Origin: Thermoplasmatota archaeon
Lineage (GTDB): Archaea; Thermoplasmatota; E2; JACPAO01; JAHFTW01
Reading direction: 5' to 3'
DNA: 40,766 bases
Assembly: GCA_041618195.1 (NCBI GenBank)
Contig: JBFJNL010000002.1
Location: 1-40,766 of the forward strand
Below the pieces are notes generated by a model. That model was not told the origin of the DNA. It searched no databases and worked only from the letters and a program-made list of their open reading frames with translations. Position numbers and translations under genes: made by a program. Positions 7,575 through 15,169 of this stretch are shown here, piece after piece (the stretch's first letter is position 1; each line of letters opens with the position of its first letter).

Positions 7575-8540
7575 CTACGCGTCGGTGGCCGTGTGCAGGG
7601 ATGCCAGACGCGCCCGGACCTCGTCGCCGACCTTGGCCTGCTGGATGGCGACGCGCGCCGCGCGGGCGCCGGGGACGCCTTGGATGAACCGCGTGGCCTG
7701 GCGCTTCAGTACGGCCAACGGGATCTCGCCAAGCGACCCGGCGCGCTCCAAGTAGGTGTCGAGGGCCGCCAGGCGGGTCTCCAGTGAGGGGGCTGGCGCA
7801 ACGGGGCCTCCGTCGAGCGCCTGGCGCATGCGCTGGAACACGGTCGGGTCGTGCATGGCGGCACGGGCGATGAAGAACCCCGCACAATCCGTCTCTTCGG
7901 CCATGCGCAGGACGTCCTCTGGGTCGCGCAGGTCGCCGTTGCCGACGACCGGGATGTCCAGGTGGTCGACCAACCGGCCGATGGCTTGCCAGTCGGCGTC
8001 ACCGCTGTAGGCCTGGGCCACGGTCCGCCCGTGGAGCGTGCACCACGCCGCGCCGGCGGCTTGGGCCTCCTCGCCGACCTCCAGGTAGGTCTCATGTTGC
8101 GCATCGTGGCCCTTGCGGAGCTTGACCGTGATCGGGGTTCCGTCGGCGGCCTCGACGCACGCCTTGACCACGCGACCGACCTTGGCCGGGTCGCGCAACA
8201 AGAATCCGCCGGCGCAGCTGCGTAGGATGTTGGGGCTTGGGCAGCCCAGGTTGAGGTCGACGAATTGGGGCTGGTGGCGCTCGATGACCTGGCGCACGGC
8301 GGCGGCCATGTCGTCGGGCTCCGAGCCCATGAGTTGGATGCCGTAAGGGGACTCCCCGGGCCAGGGTTCGACCAGTCGCCAGGTCTTCTGGTTGCCGTGC
8401 AGGAGGCCGGCGGCGGCCACCATTTCGCTGCAGGTGATGTCGGACCCCCATTCGGCCGCGATGGAGCGGAATGCGGCGTCTGTCACGTCGACCATCGGGC
8501 TCAGCACGAGTGGCCTGTCGAGGCCGAGGGGGCCCTTCAT
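7575..8540 (-). CDS. dus: tRNA-dihydrouridine synthase (Dus family)
   Basis: TIM-barrel Dus pattern: LSPMVDVTDAAFR, DLNLGCPSP (catalytic Cys), ITVKLRKG, HGRT. The start ATG overlaps the stop of the upstream gene (TCAT at 8537-8540). Confidence 0.93.
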   Translation of the reverse strand: MKGPLGLDRPLVLSPMVDVTDAAFRSIAAEWGSDITCSEMVAAAGLLHGNQKTWRLVEPWPGESPYGIQLMGSEPDDMAAAVRQVIERHQPQFVDLNLGCPSPNILRSCAGGFLLRDPAKVGRVVKACVEAADGTPITVKLRKGHDAQHETYLEVGEEAQAAGAAWCTLHGRTVAQAYSGDADWQAIGRLVDHLDIPVVGNGDLRDPEDVLRMAEETDCAGFFIARAAMHDPTVFQRMRQALDGGPVAPAPSLETRLAALDTYLERAGSLGEIPLAVLKRQATRFIQGVPGARAARVAIQQAKVGDEVRARLASLHTATDA

Positions 8541-9415
8541 ATCTCGAAGAACTCGGGCTTGACGCTCTGCCCGGGGGTCAGGTCGTCGGGGGCCTCGACC
8601 GGGGCTGGCTGGCTCTCATCGTAGGAAAAATCCACGGCGTCGCCCGACACGACGTCCGGGGCATCGCCGGGTGCGGCCGCGACGGGGGCCGTGCTGGCGG
8701 TGGCCGCAGGTGCCGGTTTGGCCGTCTTGGCGGGGGTCTCCTGCGCCGAGGAGGTGGATTCGACGACGAAGCAGCGTTCGAAGCCGCCGCGTTGCTTGCG
8801 CTTGTGCTCCTTGACCCGGCGCAGGTCTTCGCGTTCCAGGCCGCGGGCGGTGATGAACGCCTCCATGGCCTCTAGTAGATCTGAGACCTCTTCCTTCTCG
8901 CGGCCGACGTCGGCCTCCAGGAGCTCTTTGGCCTCGGTGGCGATCTTCTGCTTGAGGAACCGCGGGCGCTCTTCGGCCGTCAATTGCCGGAATTTGACCT
9001 CGTGGCCGGCTTGCTCCACCAGTTCCGGGATGCGGTCGCGCACTAGGCGGCCGGCGAAGGGGCGGACCTTGTCGTAGTATGCTGGCAGGGCCTCGAGCCA
9101 GGTGGCTTCGTTGTCGGCGCTGACGACTTGGGCCAAGCCGGCCAGGAAACGCGGTACGGTGAGCCCCTTGGTGGCGAAGCCCAGCACCGGCTTGCCGGCG
9201 GCGTGCGCGTAGGAGACCAGCGCCACCGATTCGACGGGGGCTTTGTCCAGAACGGCGACGATGGCATCGGCATCGCGGGCTTCGACGACGGGGTCGGCCT
9301 GGTCGCCGAATGGTACGGCGTCGTGGCCGTCGCGGCGGATGCGTTGCGTGATCGCTGCCACGAGCCGCTGCTCGGCCAATGTCTCATGGGCTCCGGTCAC
9401 CAGGATTCGCGCCAC
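8537..9415 (-). CDS. Fusion protein: nucleoside 2-deoxyribosyltransferase/DNPH1-like domain + all-alpha MazG-like NTP pyrophosphatase + disordered acidic tail
   Basis: N-domain (nt about 9056-9415): RILVTGA ... DADAIVAVLD ... AAGKPVLGF. MazG-like domain (about 8759-9055): LVRDRIPELV, acidic pairs EAKE / EEVSD, KRKQRGGFERCFVVE. Tail (8540-8758) is Ala/Pro/Asp-rich and ends QSVKPEFFEI. Start placed at GTG 9415, 12 nt after the hxlR stop. The ATG at 9496 would overlap hxlR by 70 nt. Confidence 0.7.
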   Translation of the reverse strand: MARILVTGAHETLAEQRLVAAITQRIRRDGHDAVPFGDQADPVVEARDADAIVAVLDKAPVESVALVSYAHAAGKPVLGFATKGLTVPRFLAGLAQVVSADNEATWLEALPAYYDKVRPFAGRLVRDRIPELVEQAGHEVKFRQLTAEERPRFLKQKIATEAKELLEADVGREKEEVSDLLEAMEAFITARGLEREDLRRVKEHKRKQRGGFERCFVVESTSSAQETPAKTAKPAPAATASTAPVAAAPGDAPDVVSGDAVDFSYDESQPAPVEAPDDLTPGQSVKPEFFEI

Positions 9416-9426
9416 AGTCGCCTTAC

Positions 9427-9768
9427 CTACAGGGGGTTCTTCCCTGCTTCGCCCACGACTTCCTCGGGGGAGGGCCATTTCTTGGCCCATTGGCACAGGT
9501 TCTCCATCAGGGGGAGCAGGTCCTGGCCCTTGGGGGTCAGGCTGTACTCGACACGCGGCGGCAGTTCAGCGAATTCCTGGCGGGCGATGATATTGGCCTG
9601 CTCTAGTTCGCCGAGGCGCTGGGTCAGGGTGACCGGGTTGACCTCGAGCTCGAGTTTGATCTCCGTGAAGCGGCGCGGATTGCGCTGGTGCAGGAACCAG
9701 ATGATCGTCAGGGAGTGTCGCCGCGCCAACAGATCGAAGGCACTGAGGTAAGGGCAACACCCGGTCAT
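9427..9768 (-). CDS. HxlR-family winged-helix transcriptional regulator
   Basis: CPYLSAFDLLARRHSLTIIWFL ... RFTEIK ... VNPVTLTQRLGELEQANII ... PPRVEYSLTPKG is the canonical HxlR/DUF24 pattern. Confidence 0.9.
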   Translation of the reverse strand: MTGCCPYLSAFDLLARRHSLTIIWFLHQRNPRRFTEIKLELEVNPVTLTQRLGELEQANIIARQEFAELPPRVEYSLTPKGQDLLPLMENLCQWAKKWPSPEEVVGEAGKNPL

Positions 9769-9787
9769 CGTAACGTCGCATGCACGC

Positions 9788-9835
9788 CAATGGTATAAGC
9801 ATTACACTTATATTGGTACAGAAACTATACCATTG
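9788..9835. promoter_or_regulatory. Divergent promoter/operator: perfect 10-bp inverted repeat CAATGGTATA-N28-TATACCATTG
   Basis: Arms at 9788-9797 and 9826-9835 in the only AT-rich stretch of this region. TATA-like TTATAT (9808-9813) lies about 25 nt before ATG 9837. TATAAG/CTTATA (about 9794-9799) lies about 25-30 nt before the hxlR start at 9768. Confidence 0.5.
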
Positions 9836-9836
9836 T

Positions 9837-10100
9837 ATGATGAGCGAGGAACCGTGCAACGCCGCGAAGGCCATCATCCCCGACGCGCCGGCGTCCGTCA
9901 CGAAGGTGTTGTGCACGCTGCATGACCACGAGCGAATGACGAACAAGGAGATCCAGGAAGCGACGGGCTTGCCCCGCCGGACCCTGTACACGGCGCTACG
10001 CCGCCTACAACAGGAAGGCCTGGTCAGACAGCAGGTGAGCCTCACCGATACGCGCCAGACCTACTTCTGGCTCGAAGGGCGCCCCATGATGGCGAGTTAG
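9837..10100 (+). CDS. Small winged-helix (MarR/TrmB-like) transcriptional regulator
   Basis: 87 aa; MTNKEIQEATGLPRRTLYTALRRLQQEGLV is a typical HTH + wing. Start taken at ATG 9837 (MMSEEP), because the track start 9780 lies inside the promoter region. Confidence 0.7.
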   Translation: MMSEEPCNAAKAIIPDAPASVTKVLCTLHDHERMTNKEIQEATGLPRRTLYTALRRLQQEGLVRQQVSLTDTRQTYFWLEGRPMMAS

Positions 10101-10960
10101 GCGTCCCAGTGGACGCTCCGGCGCCAATCGATCCCCACGGTCCGCGCGCCGACCTTTGGCACCAGTGGCGCATGCCGCTTGTGCTCGCTACGTCGCACCA
10201 GTCGGATGACGTGCTCGACCTCGGAGAGAGGGCTTCCCGTGCGCCTGACGATGGACGCCTCGGTCGCATTGAGCTCGATGCCCTTGAGGATCCGGTCGAG
10301 CGTCTCGTACGACATCCCGAGCTCTTGCTCATCCGTCTGCCCCGGATGCAATCCGGCGGTCGGCGTCCGATCGACCAGTTCGGCCGGTAGCCCCATGGCA
10401 CGGCTGAGCTCCCAGACCTGCGTCTTGTAGAGATCGCCGATGGGTTCCAGGTCGACACCGCCGTCGCCGTGCTTGGTGAAGTAACCGACGAGCAGTTCCG
10501 ACTTGTTGCCGGTGCCGCACACCAGGTGGCTACGAGTCTGCGCCTCCGCATACAGAACCATCATGCGGGCCCGTGCCTTGGCATTGCCGCGCACATGCGC
10601 CTCGATGGGGCCTGCCATCGCGGTCTCCACGCCGCTCACGATGGCCGTGATGTCCCGCGTGACCGAAGCGATGTCCAGATGGTCGACGAGCACCTGGCCA
10701 AGTCGGGCGTCCTCTGGGTCCGATTCGGCATGGGGCATCAGCAGGCCGATGACGCGGTCCTTGCCCAAGGCATCGACGGCGAGGGCGGCGGTCAGTGCCG
10801 AATCGATGCCGCCGCTGATGCCGATGACCAGGCCCTTGGCGCCGCTGCGCTCCACATGGTCGCGAAGGAACGTCACGACGATGCGGCGCCACTCTTCAGG
10901 GCTGCCGGCAGGAAGGGCCACGAAGCACTCAAGGCCGGTCATGGTTTGGCCGTTTTGCAT
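10097..10960 (-). CDS. nadE: NAD+ synthetase, single-domain (no fused glutaminase)
   Basis: PP-loop GISGGIDSALTAAL, plus the NadE C-terminal pattern (GTGNKSELLVGYFTKHGDGG, DLEPIGDLYKTQV). Start ambiguous: ATG 10960 or 10942. The track start 11011 would overlap the divergent gene by 53 nt. Confidence 0.92.
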   Translation of the reverse strand: MQNGQTMTGLECFVALPAGSPEEWRRIVVTFLRDHVERSGAKGLVIGISGGIDSALTAALAVDALGKDRVIGLLMPHAESDPEDARLGQVLVDHLDIASVTRDITAIVSGVETAMAGPIEAHVRGNAKARARMMVLYAEAQTRSHLVCGTGNKSELLVGYFTKHGDGGVDLEPIGDLYKTQVWELSRAMGLPAELVDRTPTAGLHPGQTDEQELGMSYETLDRILKGIELNATEASIVRRTGSPLSEVEHVIRLVRRSEHKRHAPLVPKVGARTVGIDWRRSVHWDA

Positions 10961-11741
10961 GAAGGCCACCCTTTGGGCAGCTGATCCCAAGCTCGGCAAC
11001 GTCGAGGCCAACGTCCAGCGCGTGGCCGAGGCGCTCCCGGGCCACGACCTGGTGGTCTTCCCTGAGATGTTCCTGACCGGCTACAACATCGGCGACGATG
11101 TCCAGCGGCTTGCCTTCCGCCCCGGCGATGCCCGACTTGCTCCGCTGCTGGAGGCCGCGCGAGAGCATGGCACCCACCTCATCGTCGGTGCCCCGTATAC
11201 GCCGCGCGAGGGAATCACGTACAACGCGGCGCTGTGCATCGACGATGCCGGGCATGCACTATGGATCCCCAAGCGCGCGCTACCGACGTTCACGACGTTC
11301 CGTGAAGGCTTGTTCTTTGACCGGGGTAGTGCGCAGCCGGTCTGGGAGACCCGCTTCGGCAACATCGGCGTGCACATCTGCTACGATCTGTACTTCCCAG
11401 AGTTCCAGAAGCGCCAGGTGCTCGATGGCGCGGACATCCTGGTCAACATCAGTGCCAGCCCATCCATCAGCCGCCGCTTCTTCGAGGTCCTACTCCAGGC
11501 CCGCGCCATCGAGAACGCCTGCTATTCGCTGTACAGCAACAACGTCGGTGCCCAGGATGGCCTGGTGTTCTGGGGCGGCGCCCGAGGCCACGGTCCCCGC
11601 GGTGACCTCCTGGGTGCCACCGAGCCGTTCGAGGAGGGCTCTGTGACGGTCGACGTCGATCTGGATGAGCTCATCGCGGCACGGGAGTTCCGGCCGACGA
11701 TCCGTGACTCCGACGTCGCGGACCTCGAGGCCCTTGAATGA
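10959..11741 (+). CDS. Carbon-nitrogen hydrolase, NAD-synthetase-glutaminase type (stand-alone)
   Basis: Catalytic Glu (VVFPEMF), Lys (IPKRALPTFTTFREGLFFDRG) and Cys (HICYDLYFPE). The K-x-x-LP-x-x-x-F-x-E-x-x-F-F motif resembles the glutaminase domain of Gln-dependent NadE. Start ATG 10959 (MKATLWAADPKLGNVEANV). Upstream track codons are antisense to nadE. Confidence 0.9.
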   Translation: MKATLWAADPKLGNVEANVQRVAEALPGHDLVVFPEMFLTGYNIGDDVQRLAFRPGDARLAPLLEAAREHGTHLIVGAPYTPREGITYNAALCIDDAGHALWIPKRALPTFTTFREGLFFDRGSAQPVWETRFGNIGVHICYDLYFPEFQKRQVLDGADILVNISASPSISRRFFEVLLQARAIENACYSLYSNNVGAQDGLVFWGGARGHGPRGDLLGATEPFEEGSVTVDVDLDELIAAREFRPTIRDSDVADLEALE

Positions 11742-12424
11742 GGTGCATCGCGCTCCTTTCGGGGGGCAAGGATTCCGTCGCGGCTGTGGAGGTCGCGGCG
11801 GGGCACGGCTGGGAGATCGTGGCGGGATTGCGGATGGTCCCCGAGCAAGACGACGCCTACATGTTCCACACCCCCAATCTGGACATGGTCGAGGCGGTCG
11901 CCGACTGCATGGGCATGCCCCTCGTATCAGCCTCCAGCTCACCTGACCCTGTCGAAGAGGTGCGTGAACTCGAACAGGCCTTGGCCCGTGCGACGACCGA
12001 CTTCAAGGCGGACGCCATCATCAGCGGTGCACTCGCCAGCGAATACCAACGCACACGGATCGACGCCATCGGCCACCGACTCGGCATCAAATCATTCGCC
12101 CCCCTGTGGCACAAGGACCCGGCCACCTACCTCCGTTCTCTAATCCGCACCGGGTATGACATCCGCTTCAGTCGCGTCGCCGCCGACGGCCTGGATGCCC
12201 AGTGGGCCGGTGCCGCACTGGATGAGGCGTGCCTTGAGGCCCTCCGGGGCAAGCGCCTCCATATCGCGGGTGAGGGTGGCGAATACGAGACCCTCGTGCT
12301 CGACGCGCCGCATTACAGCAAACGCATCGTCATCGATGAGGCCGAGGTGGACGCGACGGCCAGTCGTGCTACGTGGCACGTCAAGAAGTGGCACTTGGAG
12401 CCCAAGCCCGGCAAAGTCCCTTGA
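11738..12424 (+). CDS. dph6: Diphthine-ammonia ligase (Dph6 / MJ0570-type PP-loop ATPase)
   Basis: MRCIALLSGGKDS PP-loop, ISGALASEYQRTRID, EGGEYETLVLDAP. These are signatures of the archaeal Dph6 family. The ATG overlaps the upstream stop (ATGA 11738-11741). Confidence 0.88.
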   Translation: MRCIALLSGGKDSVAAVEVAAGHGWEIVAGLRMVPEQDDAYMFHTPNLDMVEAVADCMGMPLVSASSSPDPVEEVRELEQALARATTDFKADAIISGALASEYQRTRIDAIGHRLGIKSFAPLWHKDPATYLRSLIRTGYDIRFSRVAADGLDAQWAGAALDEACLEALRGKRLHIAGEGGEYETLVLDAPHYSKRIVIDEAEVDATASRATWHVKKWHLEPKPGKVP

Positions 12425-12447
12425 AGGGGGACCACTCAAGGGTCTTC

Positions 12448-12870
12448 ATGGACCACACGCCCACGACGCCCGCCGCCGAGGGGGACGATCGCCCTTTCAA
12501 GATCCTGGAGCGCACGCCCGTGCCCCAGGAACACAAGGAGCGCTTGTTCGAACTGGTGCGCGTCGCGCAAGCCACTGCGGCCGATGCAGGCAAGGAACTG
12601 CAGGGCGAATTCGGGCGCGATGCGGTCGCGCTCATCGTCGGCTGCAACCAGTTCGTGCGGCTGTACCGCGGCGGCGACTTCCCAGGCCGCGTCGAAGTGC
12701 GGGTCCCGGCCGAAGCCTTGGCCAAGTTGGCCGATGCAGGTTTCAGCCTTGAGGAGCCACAGGGGGCCGTTTTCAAGATGTTCGGCTGGAAGGCCGTGGA
12801 TCCGATGGCCGGCGATGCCGGCGTGCTGGCCGACGCGGTGCGGGCCGCGTTCAAGCAGGCTTCAGCCTGA
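12448..12870 (+). CDS. Hypothetical protein (140 aa)
   Basis: Protein-like composition from ATG 12448 (MDHTPTTPAAEGDD...). No family recognised. The 3' end overlaps the copA 3' end by 9 nt (convergent). Confidence 0.5.
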   Translation: MDHTPTTPAAEGDDRPFKILERTPVPQEHKERLFELVRVAQATAADAGKELQGEFGRDAVALIVGCNQFVRLYRGGDFPGRVEVRVPAEALAKLADAGFSLEEPQGAVFKMFGWKAVDPMAGDAGVLADAVRAAFKQASA

Positions 12871-15069
12871 AGGTGCTGGGCGCCAGCCTCGCATCGTCAA
12901 GGCATTGCCCACGACGCTGACGCTACTGAACGCCATGGCGGCTGCCGCCAGCATCGGGTTGAGGAGCCAGCCCGTGACCGGAAACAGAAGCCCCATCGCG
13001 ATGGGGATCAGCGCCACGTTGTAACCCAGTGCCCAGAACAGGTTCTGCTTGATCTTGCGGATGGTATAGCGCCCGAGCAGCATGCCGTTGACCGCGTCCT
13101 GCAGATCGCCGCGCACCAGCACGATATCGCCTGCCTCCTTGGCCACGTCCGTGCCGCCGCCCATGGCGATGCCGATGTCTGCCTGGGCCATCGCGGGGGC
13201 GTCGTTGATGCCATCGCCGATCATCGCTACGGTCGCACCTTCCTCCTGTAGCGCCTGGATGGCCAAGGCCTTGTCCGCCGGGCGTAGGCCGAAGCGCACA
13301 TCGTCGAGCCCGAGTCGTTGCGCGACCCGGCGGGCGGGCGCCTCGTGATCGCCGGTGAGCATGATGACGCGCTTGCCCATGGCGTGCAGGGCCTTGATCG
13401 CGCCCGGCGTGGTGTCGCGGATCGGGTCGTCGATGGCGAGCGCAGCCGCGACGACGCCATCGAACGCCGCCACGACGACGGTGCGCCCCGCTCGGTGTTC
13501 TCCATCGATGGCGTCGGTGAGCGGCTTCAGGTCGATGCCAAGGGCGGCCAACGCCGGCGGGCTGCCAACGAGGACCTCGACGCCGTCCGTGGTGCCCCGG
13601 ACCGTCGACTGCTCGGCCACGAATCGATCGACCTTGGGGAATCGAGGCATGCCGCGGTCCCGGGCGTGCGTGATGATGGCGTGGGCGATGGGGTGGGCCG
13701 AATGCGACTCGACCGCTGCGATGAGGTTGATGGCAAAATCGGCGTGCACGTCGTGGACATGCACCGCGGTGACGCTGGGCTTGCCGAGGGTGAGCGTGCC
13801 GGTCTTGTCGACCACCACCGTGTCGACGGCCTGGATGCGCTCAAGCGCCTCGCCGCCCTTGATCAGGATGCCTCGGCTGGCACCCAGGCCCGTTCCGACC
13901 ATGATGGCGGTGGGCGTGGCGAGCCCCATGGCGCACGGGCATGCGATGACCAGTACGGAGACCGTGACGAGCGTCGCGAACACCACGGGGGATGCGTCCG
14001 GAGCCCAGTGGCCGGCGCCCCACAACCCCCAGAACAGGCCGGTGAGCGCGGCGATGACCAAGACCGCCGGCACGAACACGCTGCTGACCCTGTCGGCGAT
14101 GCGCTGCAACGGTGCCTTGCGGTCGTTGGCTTCCTGCACCATCCGGACAATCTGGCTCAGCAGCGTGTCCTGTCCCACCCGCGTCGCGGCGATGGTGAGG
14201 CTGCCGCCAGTGATGGTGCTGGCGCCGATGACAGGGTCTCCAGGTGCCTTCTTGACGGGGGCCGGCTCGCCGGTGATCATGGATTCATCGGCATGCGCCC
14301 GGCCATCCACAACGGCCCCGTCCACGGGGGCCTTGTGACCTGGTCGCACCAGGACATGGTGGCCGACCTGGACATCGGCCAACGGCACTTCGGTGGGCAC
14401 GCCATCGACCAGGCGCAGCGCCGTCTCGGGCTCGAGCGCCAGCAGCGCCTGAACGGCGTCCCGGGCGCTACGCTTGGCCCGCGCTTCGAAGTACTTGCCC
14501 AGTGAAATGAGTGCGATGATGACCGCACCGGTCTCGAAGTAGGTGGCATGCGCCATGCCGCCCTGCAAGGTGATGGCGACGCTCAGGCCGTATGCGGCGG
14601 ACGACCCCAAGGCGACGAGGGTGTCCATGTTGCTGCCACCAGCCCGCAGGGCCCGCCAGGCCCCGGCGTAGAACGAGGCCCCGGCCCAGAACTGGACGGG
14701 GGTGGCGAGCGCCCACACGAGCCATGCGTCCCGGGGAAGTGGCGTGCCCCCCAGTGGCAAGTAGGCCATGGTGTAGAGGAGGATGGGGGTGGCGAAGGCC
14801 GCCGCGACGACGAACTGGTGCCAGCGCGTGCCGGCCTCGTCACGGACGTCGCCGTCGTGGGCCAGCCCGTAGCCGGCCTTCCGTAGGGCCCTGTCGGCCC
14901 GCCGCAGGTCGAGGTCCGAGTCGCTGCGGACCAACGCCGTTTCGGTCGCCAGGTTGACGGCTACCTGGGTGACGCCGGGCATCCCGTGGAGCGCCCGCTC
15001 CACATGCCCTGCACAGTTGGCGCAGGTCATGCCCGTGATGGCCAGGCGCTGGGAGCCCATGACACCCAC
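12862..15069 (-). CDS. copA: Copper-translocating P1B-type ATPase
   Basis: N-terminal HMA domain GMTCANCAGHVE, CPC motif (ACPCAMGLATP), DKTGTLT phosphorylation site, GDGINDAPA hinge. Start GTG 15069 or ATG 15060. Confidence 0.95.
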   Translation of the reverse strand: MGVMGSQRLAITGMTCANCAGHVERALHGMPGVTQVAVNLATETALVRSDSDLDLRRADRALRKAGYGLAHDGDVRDEAGTRWHQFVVAAAFATPILLYTMAYLPLGGTPLPRDAWLVWALATPVQFWAGASFYAGAWRALRAGGSNMDTLVALGSSAAYGLSVAITLQGGMAHATYFETGAVIIALISLGKYFEARAKRSARDAVQALLALEPETALRLVDGVPTEVPLADVQVGHHVLVRPGHKAPVDGAVVDGRAHADESMITGEPAPVKKAPGDPVIGASTITGGSLTIAATRVGQDTLLSQIVRMVQEANDRKAPLQRIADRVSSVFVPAVLVIAALTGLFWGLWGAGHWAPDASPVVFATLVTVSVLVIACPCAMGLATPTAIMVGTGLGASRGILIKGGEALERIQAVDTVVVDKTGTLTLGKPSVTAVHVHDVHADFAINLIAAVESHSAHPIAHAIITHARDRGMPRFPKVDRFVAEQSTVRGTTDGVEVLVGSPPALAALGIDLKPLTDAIDGEHRAGRTVVVAAFDGVVAAALAIDDPIRDTTPGAIKALHAMGKRVIMLTGDHEAPARRVAQRLGLDDVRFGLRPADKALAIQALQEEGATVAMIGDGINDAPAMAQADIGIAMGGGTDVAKEAGDIVLVRGDLQDAVNGMLLGRYTIRKIKQNLFWALGYNVALIPIAMGLLFPVTGWLLNPMLAAAAMAFSSVSVVGNALTMRGWRPAPSG

Positions 15070-15090
15070 TCCGGCCCGTCGTTCTTGACC

Positions 15091-15098
15091 TTTGATAT
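15091..15098 (-). promoter_or_regulatory. TATA-like element (ATATCAAA on minus strand) upstream of copA
   Basis: AT-rich octamer 22-38 nt upstream of the two candidate copA starts. It also sits in the short divergent gap to the receiver gene. Confidence 0.25.
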
Positions 15099-15169
15099 GG
15101 TGGCCGCGGGGCCTGAGGGCGCTATCCCCTGGCTGCCGGGGTATTCAATCGTGCGCCCGATTGTCTGTT

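Noticed and set aside
7558-7887. Upstream extension of the tiaS ORF overlapping dus.
   Set aside because: The 110 extra codons are Arg/Pro/Gly-rich and overlap the 3' part of dus in another frame. The TiaS family N-terminus (VAFDDTDS) follows ATG 7557 directly.
15081-15100. Bacterial-looking -35/-10 pair TTGACC-TTTGATAT upstream of copA / the receiver gene.
   Set aside because: The spacing is far too short for a sigma70 promoter, and the genomic context is archaeal. It is more parsimoniously an archaeal TATA-like element.
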